Part shown: one piece after another, positions 19,921-29,253 of the stretch
Layout of the letters: each line of letters opens with the position of its first letter
How positions within the stretch are numbered: position 1 is the first letter of the stretch
IMG/VR virus record: IMGVR_UViG_2874956758_000004
Span: 1 to 36,611 of that record
DNA: 36,611 bases
Source: a virus
Lineage: Duplodnaviria > Heunggongvirae > Uroviricota > Caudoviricetes
Strand: one strand, 5' to 3'
Position numbers and translations under genes: made by a program
The notes under the pieces: generated by a model
Told to the model about the DNA's origin: nothing
The model's database searches: none
Seen by the model: only the letters and a program-made list of their open reading frames with translations

Positions 19921-21525
19921 AGGGGATGCGGACGATTTCCTGGACTGCTTTATCATTCCAGCCCGCATTGTTGGCGGTACATTTCAGGGCTGACTGCACC
20001 CAGCGATAATTTTATACGCCGCTCGTTATACCATCTGATGTAAGCATCTACATGCTGCATGAACTTTTCTGGCGTGATGCCCGACCATTTACGCCCATAA
20101 TACATTTCCGTTTTCAGTCTGCCGAAAAAGCCTTCGCATGCAGCATTATCAGGTGAACATCCTTTACGGGACATTGAGCGAATAAGACCTGCTGCATTCA
20201 CTCTTTCCAGCCAGCCTGGCCAGCGATAATGCCCACCTCTGTCACTGTGTATCACCGGTCGTTCGCCAGCATTTAACGTTTCGACAGCGCTATCCAGCAT
20301 AGTGTTGACCAGTTCAGCATCGGGGCGTGTACTGAGAGACCAGCTCACAACTTTTCCATCGAAGCAGTCCACCACCGGTGACAGCCAGACTTTACCTGCA
20401 GGGAGCTGGAACTCCGTGATATCTGTCAGCCATTTCTGATTAGGTTGCTCCGCCTTAAAATCTCTGGCGATAAGGTTATCCGGAGCCGGTCCGATTTTTC
20501 CGCAATATGAGCTGTAGCGGCGCCGACGGTTACGGCTGACGACAAGCTGTTCCTCCACCATAAGTCTGCGTACAACCTTTTCTGATAGCCGAACCCCCTC
20601 ATGCCTGAGCATCGCATGCAGGCGACGATAGCCATAACACTGGTAATTACTGTTAAATATATCTGTCAGCATCGTACGTATCGTGGCGTATTTATCACCG
20701 GCTTTCAGGGCAGCCCGGTGATAAAAATAACTGCTACGGGCAAGGCCCAGAACATGCAGTAATTCTGTCAGGGGATATGTTTGTCTCAGGGCATCAGCGA
20801 TCTTTGTTTTTTCTCTGTTGTTCAGGTGACTGATACTGATGCCCGGGTCTTTTTTTATGATTTCCTCCGCCTTTTTCAGAATATCCAGCTCCATCTGCCG
20901 GCGGCGTATTTCCTGATTCAGTCGGGCGACTTCCTCCCGCAACGCATCGCGTTCTGCCTCCAGGGAAGGTTCGTTATGTTTACGCATAGTCTGGTAAGCA
21001 CTGTTGCCGATAATTTCATCTTTCCATTTATACAATACCGCACGACTGACACCAATACGCCTGGCGATTTCACTGGCTGATACTTGTCGTGTACAGAGTG
21101 CCATGACAGCCTGACGTTTGACTTCTGGTTCAAAGGGCGCAACCGGGTTGGCCTTACTGGTAAATATACGTCGTCTGTCGGGATAAAGTTCATTAACCCA
21201 GCGAGCGAGTACATCAGTGCAGGGATAACCCAGGGCTCTGCTGGTAAACGCCAGGCAGCAGCCGTGGTTAAGATAATGTTCAACGGCAACCTGTTTTTGT
21301 TCATCGGAGTAACGGTGCTTATGACGAATAGATTCTTTTGCGCCACCACCTGCTTCCCATGAGCGGATCCAACGCCGCAGATTTCTTTTCGAAGGGTAGC
21401 CCAGTTCGCGTACGACGGGAGCCAGCTTCTTACCATATTTGAAATAAAGCTCAATGGCGCGGATTTTTTCTTCTTCAGTAAACATGTGTTATCTCCTGAG
21501 AGTCCAGGAAATCGTCCGCATCCCC
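19921..21525 (-). mobile_element. IS3-superfamily element (1605 bp), 25-bp perfect terminal inverted repeats, 3-bp target duplication
   Basis: Ends GGGGATGCGGACGATTTCCTGGACT / AGTCCAGGAAATCGTCCGCATCCCC; gaa at 19918-19920 and 21526-21528. Confidence 0.8.
19953..21485 (-). CDS. Single-ORF transposase, 510 aa (two N-terminal HTH-like segments plus integrase-type DDE domain)
   Basis: …WLTDITEF…, …HSDRGGHYRW…, C-terminal …SLGAVSPEMYRQQ typical of IS3-family OrfB, fused to an OrfA-like N-terminus with no frameshift. Confidence 0.75.
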   Translation of the reverse strand: MFTEEEKIRAIELYFKYGKKLAPVVRELGYPSKRNLRRWIRSWEAGGGAKESIRHKHRYSDEQKQVAVEHYLNHGCCLAFTSRALGYPCTDVLARWVNELYPDRRRIFTSKANPVAPFEPEVKRQAVMALCTRQVSASEIARRIGVSRAVLYKWKDEIIGNSAYQTMRKHNEPSLEAERDALREEVARLNQEIRRRQMELDILKKAEEIIKKDPGISISHLNNREKTKIADALRQTYPLTELLHVLGLARSSYFYHRAALKAGDKYATIRTMLTDIFNSNYQCYGYRRLHAMLRHEGVRLSEKVVRRLMVEEQLVVSRNRRRRYSSYCGKIGPAPDNLIARDFKAEQPNQKWLTDITEFQLPAGKVWLSPVVDCFDGKVVSWSLSTRPDAELVNTMLDSAVETLNAGERPVIHSDRGGHYRWPGWLERVNAAGLIRSMSRKGCSPDNAACEGFFGRLKTEMYYGRKWSGITPEKFMQHVDAYIRWYNERRIKLSLGAVSPEMYRQQCGLE

Positions 21526-22423
21526 GAAGTAAACTTTAACGCTGGTGCTGACAGTAAATTCTAGATGTCTGGCCAGTTCCATTCCTCTGTCCCATGTCAG
21601 TGATTTTCTGAGTTCTGACGGTAAACTCAGGAATTTGTCGGTAAGAGCCTGATTTACTGAGACAGAATCTTTGCCCCTGAGTCTAAGGATGATCGTATAA
21701 CGTGATTTTCGGTCTACAAGTGTGGCTATATGAGAGTTTTTTGTACCTGAGACTAAATCGCCCTCCCAATGTCCCAGAGAGCGTCTGTTATCGATATTTC
21801 GGGAACGATCGTGAATTGGTGTTCCGTTCACTATGTTAATCGTACCTCTTTCGCCTTTGCGGGTATGACGCCTGCCATGGCGAAGGCTATGCGACCGTCG
21901 CAGATGCTGTATATTCAGGTGGTGTAGCGCTTCACGGCTACGAAAGTACAGCGTTTTATAAATTGTCTCAGGTGATATTCGCAGCGTTTTTTGACGTGGT
22001 TTTGTTCGCCTTAACCATCCTGATATTTGCTCTGGAGACCATTTCATCTCCAGCTTTTCCAGAACAAGCTTTCGCAATGGTAAATTTTGATCCAGTAAGC
22101 ACGGTTTTGGCCTTTTCGCCATTCTGTTGGCTCGGTTATTAGCATCAACAGCTTTGTAATAGCGTCTGCCCCGATTACGCTGAACTTCACGTGAGATCGT
22201 CGAAGGACTGCGATTCAGCGCAGTAGCTATCGCACGAATGCTCATTTTGACTGACAAACCAGCTCGTATCTCCTCGCGCTCAGACAGTGTCAGGTGAGCT
22301 ACAGCCCGCTTACGCTCATGGGGTTTTATGCCGCCAGTATCCCTTAACATAGTGAAGATCGTTCCGGGTTTTGAACCCAGGATATTCGCTATTTCACTGA
22401 AGCCTGTTCCGTTCTTCCATAGT

Positions 22424-22792
22424 TCAAAAACAGAGGCTTTTTCCTCTGCTGTAAATGTTCGTCTCATTCAAAAAACCTCCGCAACCCCATGTTTTCACAT
22501 AACTGTTGCGTTGACCAATTGAATCTACAGTTGCTTTTTTTAATATATCTCGCTCAAGGCGAGCTTCATTTAACGCCTTACGCAGTTGCAGAATTTCAGA
22601 TTCCAGTTCAGCCACCGTGCGGGAACCAGGAGTACCGAGCCCTTTTCTGGCGGCGGTAACCCATTGTCCTAAAGTGCCTTCAGGAAGGGATAATCGGGAA
22701 GCGCCTTCACTGATCGAAAGTTGATTTTCAAGAACCGTTCTGACAGCTTCGGCTTTGAACTCTTTAGAGTAACGTTGGGTTTTTCTGCTCAT
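22424..22792 (-). pseudogene. IS600 OrfA (copy 2), 3' end displaced by IS30
   Basis: Same 122-aa translation as copy 1. Confidence 0.8.
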
Positions 22793-23125
22793 TATTAGCT
22801 CCTTCTGATGCCATTCTATTTCAGGAAGGAGTGTCCGTTAAACTCAGGCTACCTCAGTCGGCAGTTTTGTTCCATCACGTCTTCCTGCATCAACGGGCAA
22901 ATATGTTACTGTTGCTGGAATATTAACAACAGTCCAATGCCACCAACCACTGCCTGTAGGTGCATCTGGATCATATACAGTTACGGCAAAGCTTTTGGTA
23001 CCTTCAGGGACACCAGACCAGGTTAATGAGGGCGATGTATTACCACCTTCACACCCAAATCCAGAAAAGACATGAGACGTTGTAAGTTGCTCTCCTGTTT
23101 TTATTTCATTACTAGGCTGTGTCCC

Positions 23126-23641
23126 TTAATTACGTAAGCGTTGATAAAAGAGTCGGATGCAGCCCAGTTTCACCATCGCCAGGTAATTTCTCGCCGTTTT
23201 GTCGTAACGCGTGGCGATGCGGCGATATTCTTTCAGCCGCCCAAAGCACCGTTCAACGACATTACGATTGCGGTACGCATCACGATCAAGCTGTGCACGT
23301 CCATCCGATGCCATTTTCTCATTTGACTTTCGGGGGATTACTGCCTTTATACCGTTATTTTTCAGCTCGTTGCGCAATGCGCGCCCTGAATACGCTTTAT
23401 CAGCCAGTACCGCATGTCCACGGCGTTTCATGCTGCCGTTCTGACGCTGAACGCCAATCCCGTCCAGAAGTCGTTGCGCGAACTGGCTTTCATGAGCTTG
23501 TCCGGGGCTTAGCACGATATTTAACGGGAGGCCACTTCCGTCTGTTGCCAGATGGATTTTGGTGCCAAAACCGCCGCGAGAGCGACCCGGCCCATTATCT
23601 CCGTCGATATCGGGATGTTTTTTTGAGCACCGGCGGCACAT
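23126..23641 (-). CDS. IS5-family transposase, C-terminal ORF (DDE region), overlapping the N-terminal ORF
   Basis: 171-aa ORF overlapping the upstream ORF by about 120 bp in another frame. Confidence 0.65.
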   Translation of the reverse strand: MCRRCSKKHPDIDGDNGPGRSRGGFGTKIHLATDGSGLPLNIVLSPGQAHESQFAQRLLDGIGVQRQNGSMKRRGHAVLADKAYSGRALRNELKNNGIKAVIPRKSNEKMASDGRAQLDRDAYRNRNVVERCFGRLKEYRRIATRYDKTARNYLAMVKLGCIRLFYQRLRN

Positions 23642-23970
23642 TTCAGCGCCCGGATATTACTGCCATCCAGCGCGGTGGCAGACCAGTCAATAAAGCCGTT
23701 TGCATCAAGTAGCGAAAGCAACCTGTTGAAAATAATATTAATCACGCCTGACTTTGACCATCGGTTAAAGCGGTTATAAACAGTTTTCCATGCCCCATAT
23801 CGTTCGGGTAAATTGCGCCATGGTGCACCGGAACATAACACCCAGAACATGCCATTGATGATTTTACGGTGCTCAGCCCATGGGCGTCCGGCCCGTGGTG
23901 TGGCGGGTTCAGGAGGTAACAGAGGCTTGATTATGGTCCATGCCTCATCGGGAAGGTCGTAGCGAGCCAT
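23521..23970 (-). CDS. IS5-family transposase, N-terminal ORF
   Basis: MARYDLPDEAWTIIKPLLPPEPATPRAGRPWAEHRKIINGMFWVLCSGAPWRNLPERYG…. Confidence 0.7.
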   Translation of the reverse strand: MARYDLPDEAWTIIKPLLPPEPATPRAGRPWAEHRKIINGMFWVLCSGAPWRNLPERYGAWKTVYNRFNRWSKSGVINIIFNRLLSLLDANGFIDWSATALDGSNIRALKCAAGAQKNIPISTEIMGRVALAAVLAPKSIWQQTEVASR

Positions 23971-24710
23971 AGTTCAATCTGTTGTGTAAACAGACAGTTA
24001 CTATAGCTCAGATGATTAAGGGACACAGCCTAGTGACCTGAAATGCTGCAGCCTGCGCAGAAAATGTTATGAATGCCAATACAGTTGAAACGATAAGTGT
24101 TTTCATAAAAACCTCTTTGTTATGACCTATCGTTATTTTATTTGATATTCCTTTATCTCATTATGCATAAAGGCGCAATGTTCATGCAAAAGCAATCACA
24201 ATTGTACCCCCAACCCAATTATTTGCCACAATATACACAAAGCACATTGATACTATTAAAAACTCTGCTTTATTATTAGTAATACCTACGAAAGTCGGTG
24301 TTATTTTTTAACCTACCATTCAAAATACGTGACATACACCATTTTGCTCATAATAATTTGTCACGTATTTTCAGTATTTGAATCTGCGACCAAGAGTTCT
24401 CACCTAACAAATGATTAAGATTGTATAGCTCATTTACTACCCCAATACAGCCGTACAAAACTCGCTTGTGGGAGCAAACAAAGTAATCACCCATTAAGTT
24501 TCGTTAAAGATAATTAATTCTGTCTTGCACTTTATCATCAGTGCATAACTTAAAATCCAAGATCATTATTTAGAAATAAATCTCACCATCAACCATATAT
24601 TTGAGAGCACTTATCGCCTGCTGGGCGGATATTACTTTCATTAAAGGATAGTGTTTACAAACAATGCCATTCATAAAATATGATATCACAGGTTTTATTA
24701 TCCGTATTAA

Positions 24711-25194
24711 TTATGATTTTTCGAATGTTTTATAGGCAAGTGTACGGCATAACTCTCGTCCATTTTTACTGGTTAAGTCAATAGCATAAAAATCACTGAA
24801 TGAATTTACACCTTTACTCTTCAAAGTTTTCAATGATACCGAAGCCCTTCGTAATTCCTTATCTAATAGTCTTATTTTCTCTGCTATAGCGGTAACTTCA
24901 GGCGCGACAGACAATGCAACGATTAAATTATTAATTTTCATCTGAAGCTCAATAATTTTTAACTCTAAAGTTTCATTAGCATCTTTCTTGTTTTCAACTG
25001 GTTGAATTTTGCTACAATTAAAAAGCAATTGATTAATGATATTATAATCAACCAAATCTCTTTTTATTGATGGCCTGTCACATCGATGTAATCTTCTCAT
25101 CGGACAAACATAATAGCCATGCAAACTTCCAGATACCGCATGAACAATCATAGTATTACCACAAGCCTCACACTTCATAACTGTTCGAAGTAGA
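24711..25194 (-). pseudogene. C-terminal fragment of a serine recombinase (DLP12 ybcK-like), 5' part replaced by IS2
   Basis: Zinc-ribbon-like CEACGNTMIVH…YYVCPMRRLHRCD followed by coiled-coil region; the ORF reads straight out of the IS2 terminus. Confidence 0.6.
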
Positions 25195-25285
25195 TAGACT
25201 GGCCCCCTGAATCTCCAGACAACCAGTATCACTTAAATAAGTGATAGTCTTAATACTAGTTTTTAGACTAGTCATTGGAGAACAG

Positions 25286-25651
25286 ATGATTGATGTCTTA
25301 GGGCCGGAGAAACGCAGACGGCGTACCACACAGGAAAAGATCGCAATTGTTCAGCAGAGCTTTGAACCGGGGATGACGGTCTCCCTCGTTGCCCGGCAAC
25401 ATGGTATAGCAGCCAGCCAGTTATTTCTCTGGCGTAAGCAATACCAGGAAGGAAGTCTTACTGCTGTGGCCGCCGGAGAACAGGTTGTTCCTGCCTCTCA
25501 ACTTGCTGCCGCCATGAAGCAGATTAAAGAACTCCAGCGCCTGCTCGGCAAGAAAACGATGGAAAATGAACTCCTCAAAGAAGCCGTTGAATATGGACGG
25601 GCAAAAAAGTGGATAGCGCACGCGCCCTTATTGCCCGGGGATGGGGAGTAA
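25286..25651 (+). CDS. insC: IS2 OrfA (InsC)
   Basis: As other copies; one substitution (QHGIAAS). Confidence 0.9.
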   Translation: MIDVLGPEKRRRRTTQEKIAIVQQSFEPGMTVSLVARQHGIAASQLFLWRKQYQEGSLTAVAAGEQVVPASQLAAAMKQIKELQRLLGKKTMENELLKEAVEYGRAKKWIAHAPLLPGDGE

Positions 25652-26514
25652 GCTTAGTCAGCCGTTGTCTCCGGGTGTCGCGTGCGCAGTTGCACGTCAT
25701 TCTCAGACGAACCGATGACTGGATGGATGGCCGCCGCAGTCGTCACACTGATGATACGGATGTGCTTCTCCGTATACACCATGTTATCGGAGAGCTGCCC
25801 ACGTATGGTTATCGTCGGGTATGGGCGCTGCTTCGCAGACAGGCAGAACTTGATGGTATGCCTGCGATCAATGCCAAACGTGTTTACCGGATCATGCGCC
25901 AGAATGCGCTGTTGCTTGAGCGAAAACCTGCTGTACCGCCATCGAAACGGGCACATACAGGCAGAGTGGCCGTGAAAGAAAGCAATCAGCGATGGTGCTC
26001 TGACGGGTTCGAGTTCTGCTGTGATAACGGAGAGAGACTGCGTGTCACGTTCGCGCTGGACTGCTGTGATCGTGAGGCACTGCACTGGGCGATGACTACC
26101 GGCGGCTTCAACAGTGAAACAGTACAGGACGTCATGCTGGGAGCGGTGGAACGCCGCTTCGGCAACGATCTTCCGTCGTCTCCAGTGGAGTGGCTGACGG
26201 ATAATGGTTCATGCTACCGGGCTAATGAAACACGCCAGTTCGCCCGGATGTTGGGACTTGAACCGAAGAACACGGCGGTGCGGAGTCCGGAGAGTAACGG
26301 AATAGCAGAGAGCTTCGTGAAAACGATAAAGCGTGACTACATCAGTATCATGCCCAAACCAGACGGGTTAACGGCAGCAAAGAACCTTGCAGAGGCGTTC
26401 GAGCATTATAACGAATGGCATCCGCATAGTGCGCTGGGTTATCGCTCGCCACGGGAATATCTGCGGCAGCGGGCTTGTAATGGGTTAAGTGATAACAGAT
26501 GTCTGGAAATATAG
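25609..26514 (+). CDS. insD: IS2 OrfB (InsD)
   Basis: As other copies; one substitution (HWAMTTGG). Confidence 0.9.
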   Translation: MDSARALIARGWGVSLVSRCLRVSRAQLHVILRRTDDWMDGRRSRHTDDTDVLLRIHHVIGELPTYGYRRVWALLRRQAELDGMPAINAKRVYRIMRQNALLLERKPAVPPSKRAHTGRVAVKESNQRWCSDGFEFCCDNGERLRVTFALDCCDREALHWAMTTGGFNSETVQDVMLGAVERRFGNDLPSSPVEWLTDNGSCYRANETRQFARMLGLEPKNTAVRSPESNGIAESFVKTIKRDYISIMPKPDGLTAAKNLAEAFEHYNEWHPHSALGYRSPREYLRQRACNGLSDNRCLEI

Positions 26515-26525
26515 GGGCAAATCCA

Positions 26526-26694
26526 ACACCGTTCGCCAGACCTTACCATCAACGACCAGGATTCCTGCCCGCGCCATTTTAGCCGCAGCCTGATTTATGC
26601 TGGTTACGGTTGCGCCTGTTACCGCGGCAACGTCCTGCGCACAGAAGTTCTTATGAGTCCCCAGGTAATGAATAATTGCCTCTTTGCCCGTCAT
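26526..26694 (-). pseudogene. ren: ren, 3'-truncated by IS2
   Basis: MTGKEAIIHYLGTHKNFCAQDVAAVTGATVTSINQAAAKMARAGILVVDGKVWRTV matches remembered lambda Ren N-terminus, then runs into the IS2 end. Confidence 0.75.
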
Positions 26695-27392
26695 ACCCTT
26701 GCTCCTTTCAGCCCAAACTTAGCTTTGATTTCTGCGATCTTCGCCAGAGTCTGTGCACGATTTAGAGGTCTACCGCCCATGACAGGAAGTTGTTTTACTG
26801 GTTCAGGTATAGCCTCACCACGGTTAATTCGTGCGGTCATACAGGACAGTTCATCGGCAGCCTTGCGCCGTAATTCCGCGTCAGTCAACGCATTGGCCCG
26901 CATGTTCTGATACAGGTTGGTAACCAGCCAGTAGTGCGCGTTTGATTTCCACGGATAAGACTCTGCATCCGGATACAGCCCGCGCTTCCGGCAATACTCG
27001 TAAACCATATTAACCAGCTCGCTGGCGTTTGGCAGCCCGGCGGTAACGGATGCTTCTTCCTGGCACCAGGCGACAAACTGCCCGGGTGATGGCAGGAATG
27101 GTCGATTCTGCCGACGGGCTACGCGCATTCCTGCGTTAACCTGTTCCATTGTGGTGATCCCGTTTTCCCGGAAAGCCAGAACCCACTGGCGGCGGATTTC
27201 GTTCAGTTCATTCTGGTCACGGTTAGCCAGGCTCGCCGGGAAAGTTGCCAGTAACTGGCTGAACACACCGTTGATGATCTGCGCTACCTGCTGTACCTGT
27301 GGCTTTTCGTCGTACTGTTCCGGCATGTTGTTGGCGATCCGGCGCATCTGCTCACAGTCAAAGTTAACCATCTGTGCGGCGATGTTTTTCAT
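26691..27392 (-). CDS. P: Lambda-type replication protein P
   Basis: 233-aa translation MKNIAAQMVNFDCEQMRRIANNMPEQYDEKPQVQQVAQIINGVFSQLL… near-identical to remembered lambda P. Confidence 0.9.
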   Translation of the reverse strand: MKNIAAQMVNFDCEQMRRIANNMPEQYDEKPQVQQVAQIINGVFSQLLATFPASLANRDQNELNEIRRQWVLAFRENGITTMEQVNAGMRVARRQNRPFLPSPGQFVAWCQEEASVTAGLPNASELVNMVYEYCRKRGLYPDAESYPWKSNAHYWLVTNLYQNMRANALTDAELRRKAADELSCMTARINRGEAIPEPVKQLPVMGGRPLNRAQTLAKIAEIKAKFGLKGARV

Positions 27393-28223
27393 AGCTCCAC
27401 CCCGTAAATCCAGTCAGTGTTCGTCAGGTCGAGTTTTGGTTTGCCGGCTGTCACGCCAGCCTGTTGCTTGTTTCGGTTGATTTCGAGCTGGGTCCACTTG
27501 TCGCGGAGTTTGGCCGGACTTAGCACGTTACCGGACCAGAAGTTGTCCTGGCATGCCCAGCGGAACAGCACGCACATGTCGCGGTGGTTACGTCCGTCAC
27601 GTTCACGCATCAGGCGGATATCGTTAGCCCACCCTGCAAAATTCGGTTTTCTGGCTGATGGCGCGATGGTCTTCACCATGTCAAACATCCACTCTGCGGC
27701 GGTCAGGTCTTCTGCTGTCCCCCACTTGCTGCCGCTCTGAATTGCAGCATCCGGTTTCACCACAGGAAGATCGTTTTCTGGTTGGTCAGAGGATTCGCCA
27801 GAATTCTCGGACGAAAAAGGTTTTATATTGTCTTTTGTTAGTTTGTCTTTTGTGTTTACCTGATTTGGGTAATGTTGACCATTCACTGACCACATTATTA
27901 ATGCCGGTATTCCGCCCGCTCTGAATAAAAATCCCACGCTTTACCAGAACACTTTTTGCAGCAGAACACTTGTGCGGCAATATCCCGGTTAATTCGGAAA
28001 GTTGCTCGTTGCTAACCCAATCCAGTTTTTTATTAAAGCCATATGTTTTGCGCATGACAGCCAGAAAGACCAGAAGCTGGTGCTGTGTTAATCCGGCCAG
28101 CATCACAGCTTCCAGCAACTCATTTGCAATGCGCGTATAACCATCATCGAGATCTGCCACGCGCGGCTCCTTTTGTGCCGCATCCGGCACTGGAAAATTG
28201 AATATCTCAGCAGTGCTTGCCAT
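27389..28223 (-). pseudogene. O: Lambda-type replication initiator O, N- and C-terminal domains in different frames
   Basis: N-terminal domain (…PRVADLDDGYTRIANELLEAVMLAGLTQHQLLVFLAVMRKTYGFNKK…) stops at 27786; lambda-identical C-terminal domain (SSENSGESSDQPENDL…WIYGVEL) is in another frame. Confidence 0.7.
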
Positions 28224-28309
28224 AATTCCTCCCGCAATGAGTGTGTTACGATTTGCACCTGAAAGTCGGTTCTGTTCCAGCAGACCGGCTTTCGCCATTT
28301 CTGAACCTG

Positions 28310-28849
28310 TCATATCGCCCCCAGCATGGTAGTAACCATCGCCATCAATGGACCAGCCAGATCTGGGTCCACACGAAACATCGACACAATACCTTCACTA
28401 ATTTCCTTCAGTTTCTGGTGGCGTGGTGCGTTGAGAATGACAGCCTGTTTTGCCTCACTGAGTTCCTTTTCCATTTCAGCCAACCTAGCCATGAAGCTAT
28501 CCTGCTCAACCAGGTAACCGCGATATTCCAGCGGTAGTACCGCCAGAATTGCCGGGGTCAGTTCACGCACGTTATTTCGGTATTTTTCAGAATCGAATTT
28601 GTTATCGAGGAAGCGGAACAGCTTCTGGCGTGCACGGCTGACATCATCAGGGAAATCGATGGTGCCGCCACCCTGCTCCCGATACTCATTCACAATGAGT
28701 GTGGCAACGACATCCTGATTATCTACAGCCGACCAGGCGCGGACGGCATCACGGATTTTTTCGTGGCCTGGCACCTGTTTTGTTTGAGAACGATTTATCA
28801 CCGCAGTCGGGCTAAATCCGCTAGTCTGTTGGTATGTAAGTGGTTGCAT
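28310..28849 (-). CDS. YdaT-like protein (Rac-prophage type) at the cII position
   Basis: …VATLIVNEYREQGGGTIDFPDD… and …LTPAILAVLPLEYRGYL… resemble remembered Rac YdaT. Confidence 0.5.
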   Translation of the reverse strand: MQPLTYQQTSGFSPTAVINRSQTKQVPGHEKIRDAVRAWSAVDNQDVVATLIVNEYREQGGGTIDFPDDVSRARQKLFRFLDNKFDSEKYRNNVRELTPAILAVLPLEYRGYLVEQDSFMARLAEMEKELSEAKQAVILNAPRHQKLKEISEGIVSMFRVDPDLAGPLMAMVTTMLGAI

Positions 28850-28918
28850 AATTGACTCCTTTAGTTTGAATTGACTGTTAAGTTGATTGCTTATTGTTAA
28901 AGAGCGTGAAATGGAAAT

Positions 28919-29149
28919 TTAAGCTGCGTTCTTTTCGGTGTGTGGAAACAACTTCGGAAGATCCGGGCGAATCTGGTATGCCTTCACTACTCTACCAGTA
29001 GCCGTAACAATGCTGCCGACATGTTCAGGGGATACCTTTGCTTTGTTGTGAAGCCACTTATAGACGGCCTGCTGTGAAACTTCGCAAGCAGCGCCCAGTT
29101 TCTTTTGTGAACCAACGATATTGATCGCTGTTTTGATAGCTGGGTTCAT
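28919..29149 (-). CDS. Cro/YdaS-like HTH regulator
   Basis: 76-aa ORF MNPAIKTAINIVGSQKKLGAACEVSQQAVYKWLHNK…, divergent from the cI-like gene. Confidence 0.65.
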   Translation of the reverse strand: MNPAIKTAINIVGSQKKLGAACEVSQQAVYKWLHNKAKVSPEHVGSIVTATGRVVKAYQIRPDLPKLFPHTEKNAA

Positions 29150-29253
29150 AACAACCTCCGTGGTTAATTTGAATCAAGATTAAAACTATGGTTGTTTTTA
29201 GCCAACAACCATTCTCGCTTGATGGAATAAAACCTTGGTTGTACATTTAGACT
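29150..29253. promoter_or_regulatory. Divergent cI/cro promoter-operator region
   Basis: Perfect palindrome ATGGTTGTT-tttagcc-AACAACCAT at 29188-29212, with further AACAACC / GGTTGT half-sites at 29150 and 29236. Confidence 0.6.

Larger units (their letters stand above)
19709..22467 (-). pseudogene. IS30 transposase split by the nested IS3-family element
   Basis: N-terminal 21529-22467 reads …EFTVSTSVKVYF then element sequence; C-terminal 19709-19917 resumes at CDPQSPWQRGTNENTNGLIRQY…. Confidence 0.85.
19702..22529 (-). mobile_element. IS30 copy 2 at the same IS600 site and with the same 2-bp duplication as copy 1
   Basis: IS30 ends at 19702 and 22529, flanked by gt on the plus strand (inverse of copy 1's AC). 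Confidence 0.85.
18763..22856 (-). mobile_element. IS600 copy 2 carrying IS30, which in turn carries an IS3-family element
   Basis: IS600 ends at 18763 and 22856; length minus the nested inserts equals about 1264 bp. Confidence 0.85.
23116..24029 (-). mobile_element. IS5-family element (about 914 bp, two overlapping ORFs), 4-bp target duplication CTAG
   Basis: Terminal inverted repeats gctgtgtcccttaat… / …attaagggacacagc; ctag at 23112-23115 and 24030-24033; ORFs 23521-23970 and 23126-23641. Confidence 0.75.
22857..24106 (-). pseudogene. ybcL: YbcL-like (PEBP/Raf-kinase-inhibitor family, DLP12-type) gene interrupted by an IS5-family element and truncated by IS600
   Basis: MKTLIVSTVLAFITFSAQAAAFQVT at 24106-24030, then SNEIKTGEQLTTSHVFSGFGCEGGNTSPSLTWSGVPEGTKSFAVTVYDPDAPTGSGWWHW… at 23111-22857, ending at the IS600 terminus. 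Confidence 0.75.
25195..26525 (+). mobile_element. IS2 copy 3, complete, no target duplication (flanks gtaga / acacc)
   Basis: Ends tagactggccccctgaatctcc… and …ataggggcaaatcca. Confidence 0.95.

Noticed and set aside
20918-21454. 178-aa ORF inside the IS3-family element
   Set aside because: Alternative frame within the 510-aa transposase gene on the same strand; the long ORF explains the region.
23119-23712. 197-aa plus-strand ORF
   Set aside because: Lies entirely inside the IS5-family element, antisense to its transposase ORFs; no start context or recognisable family.
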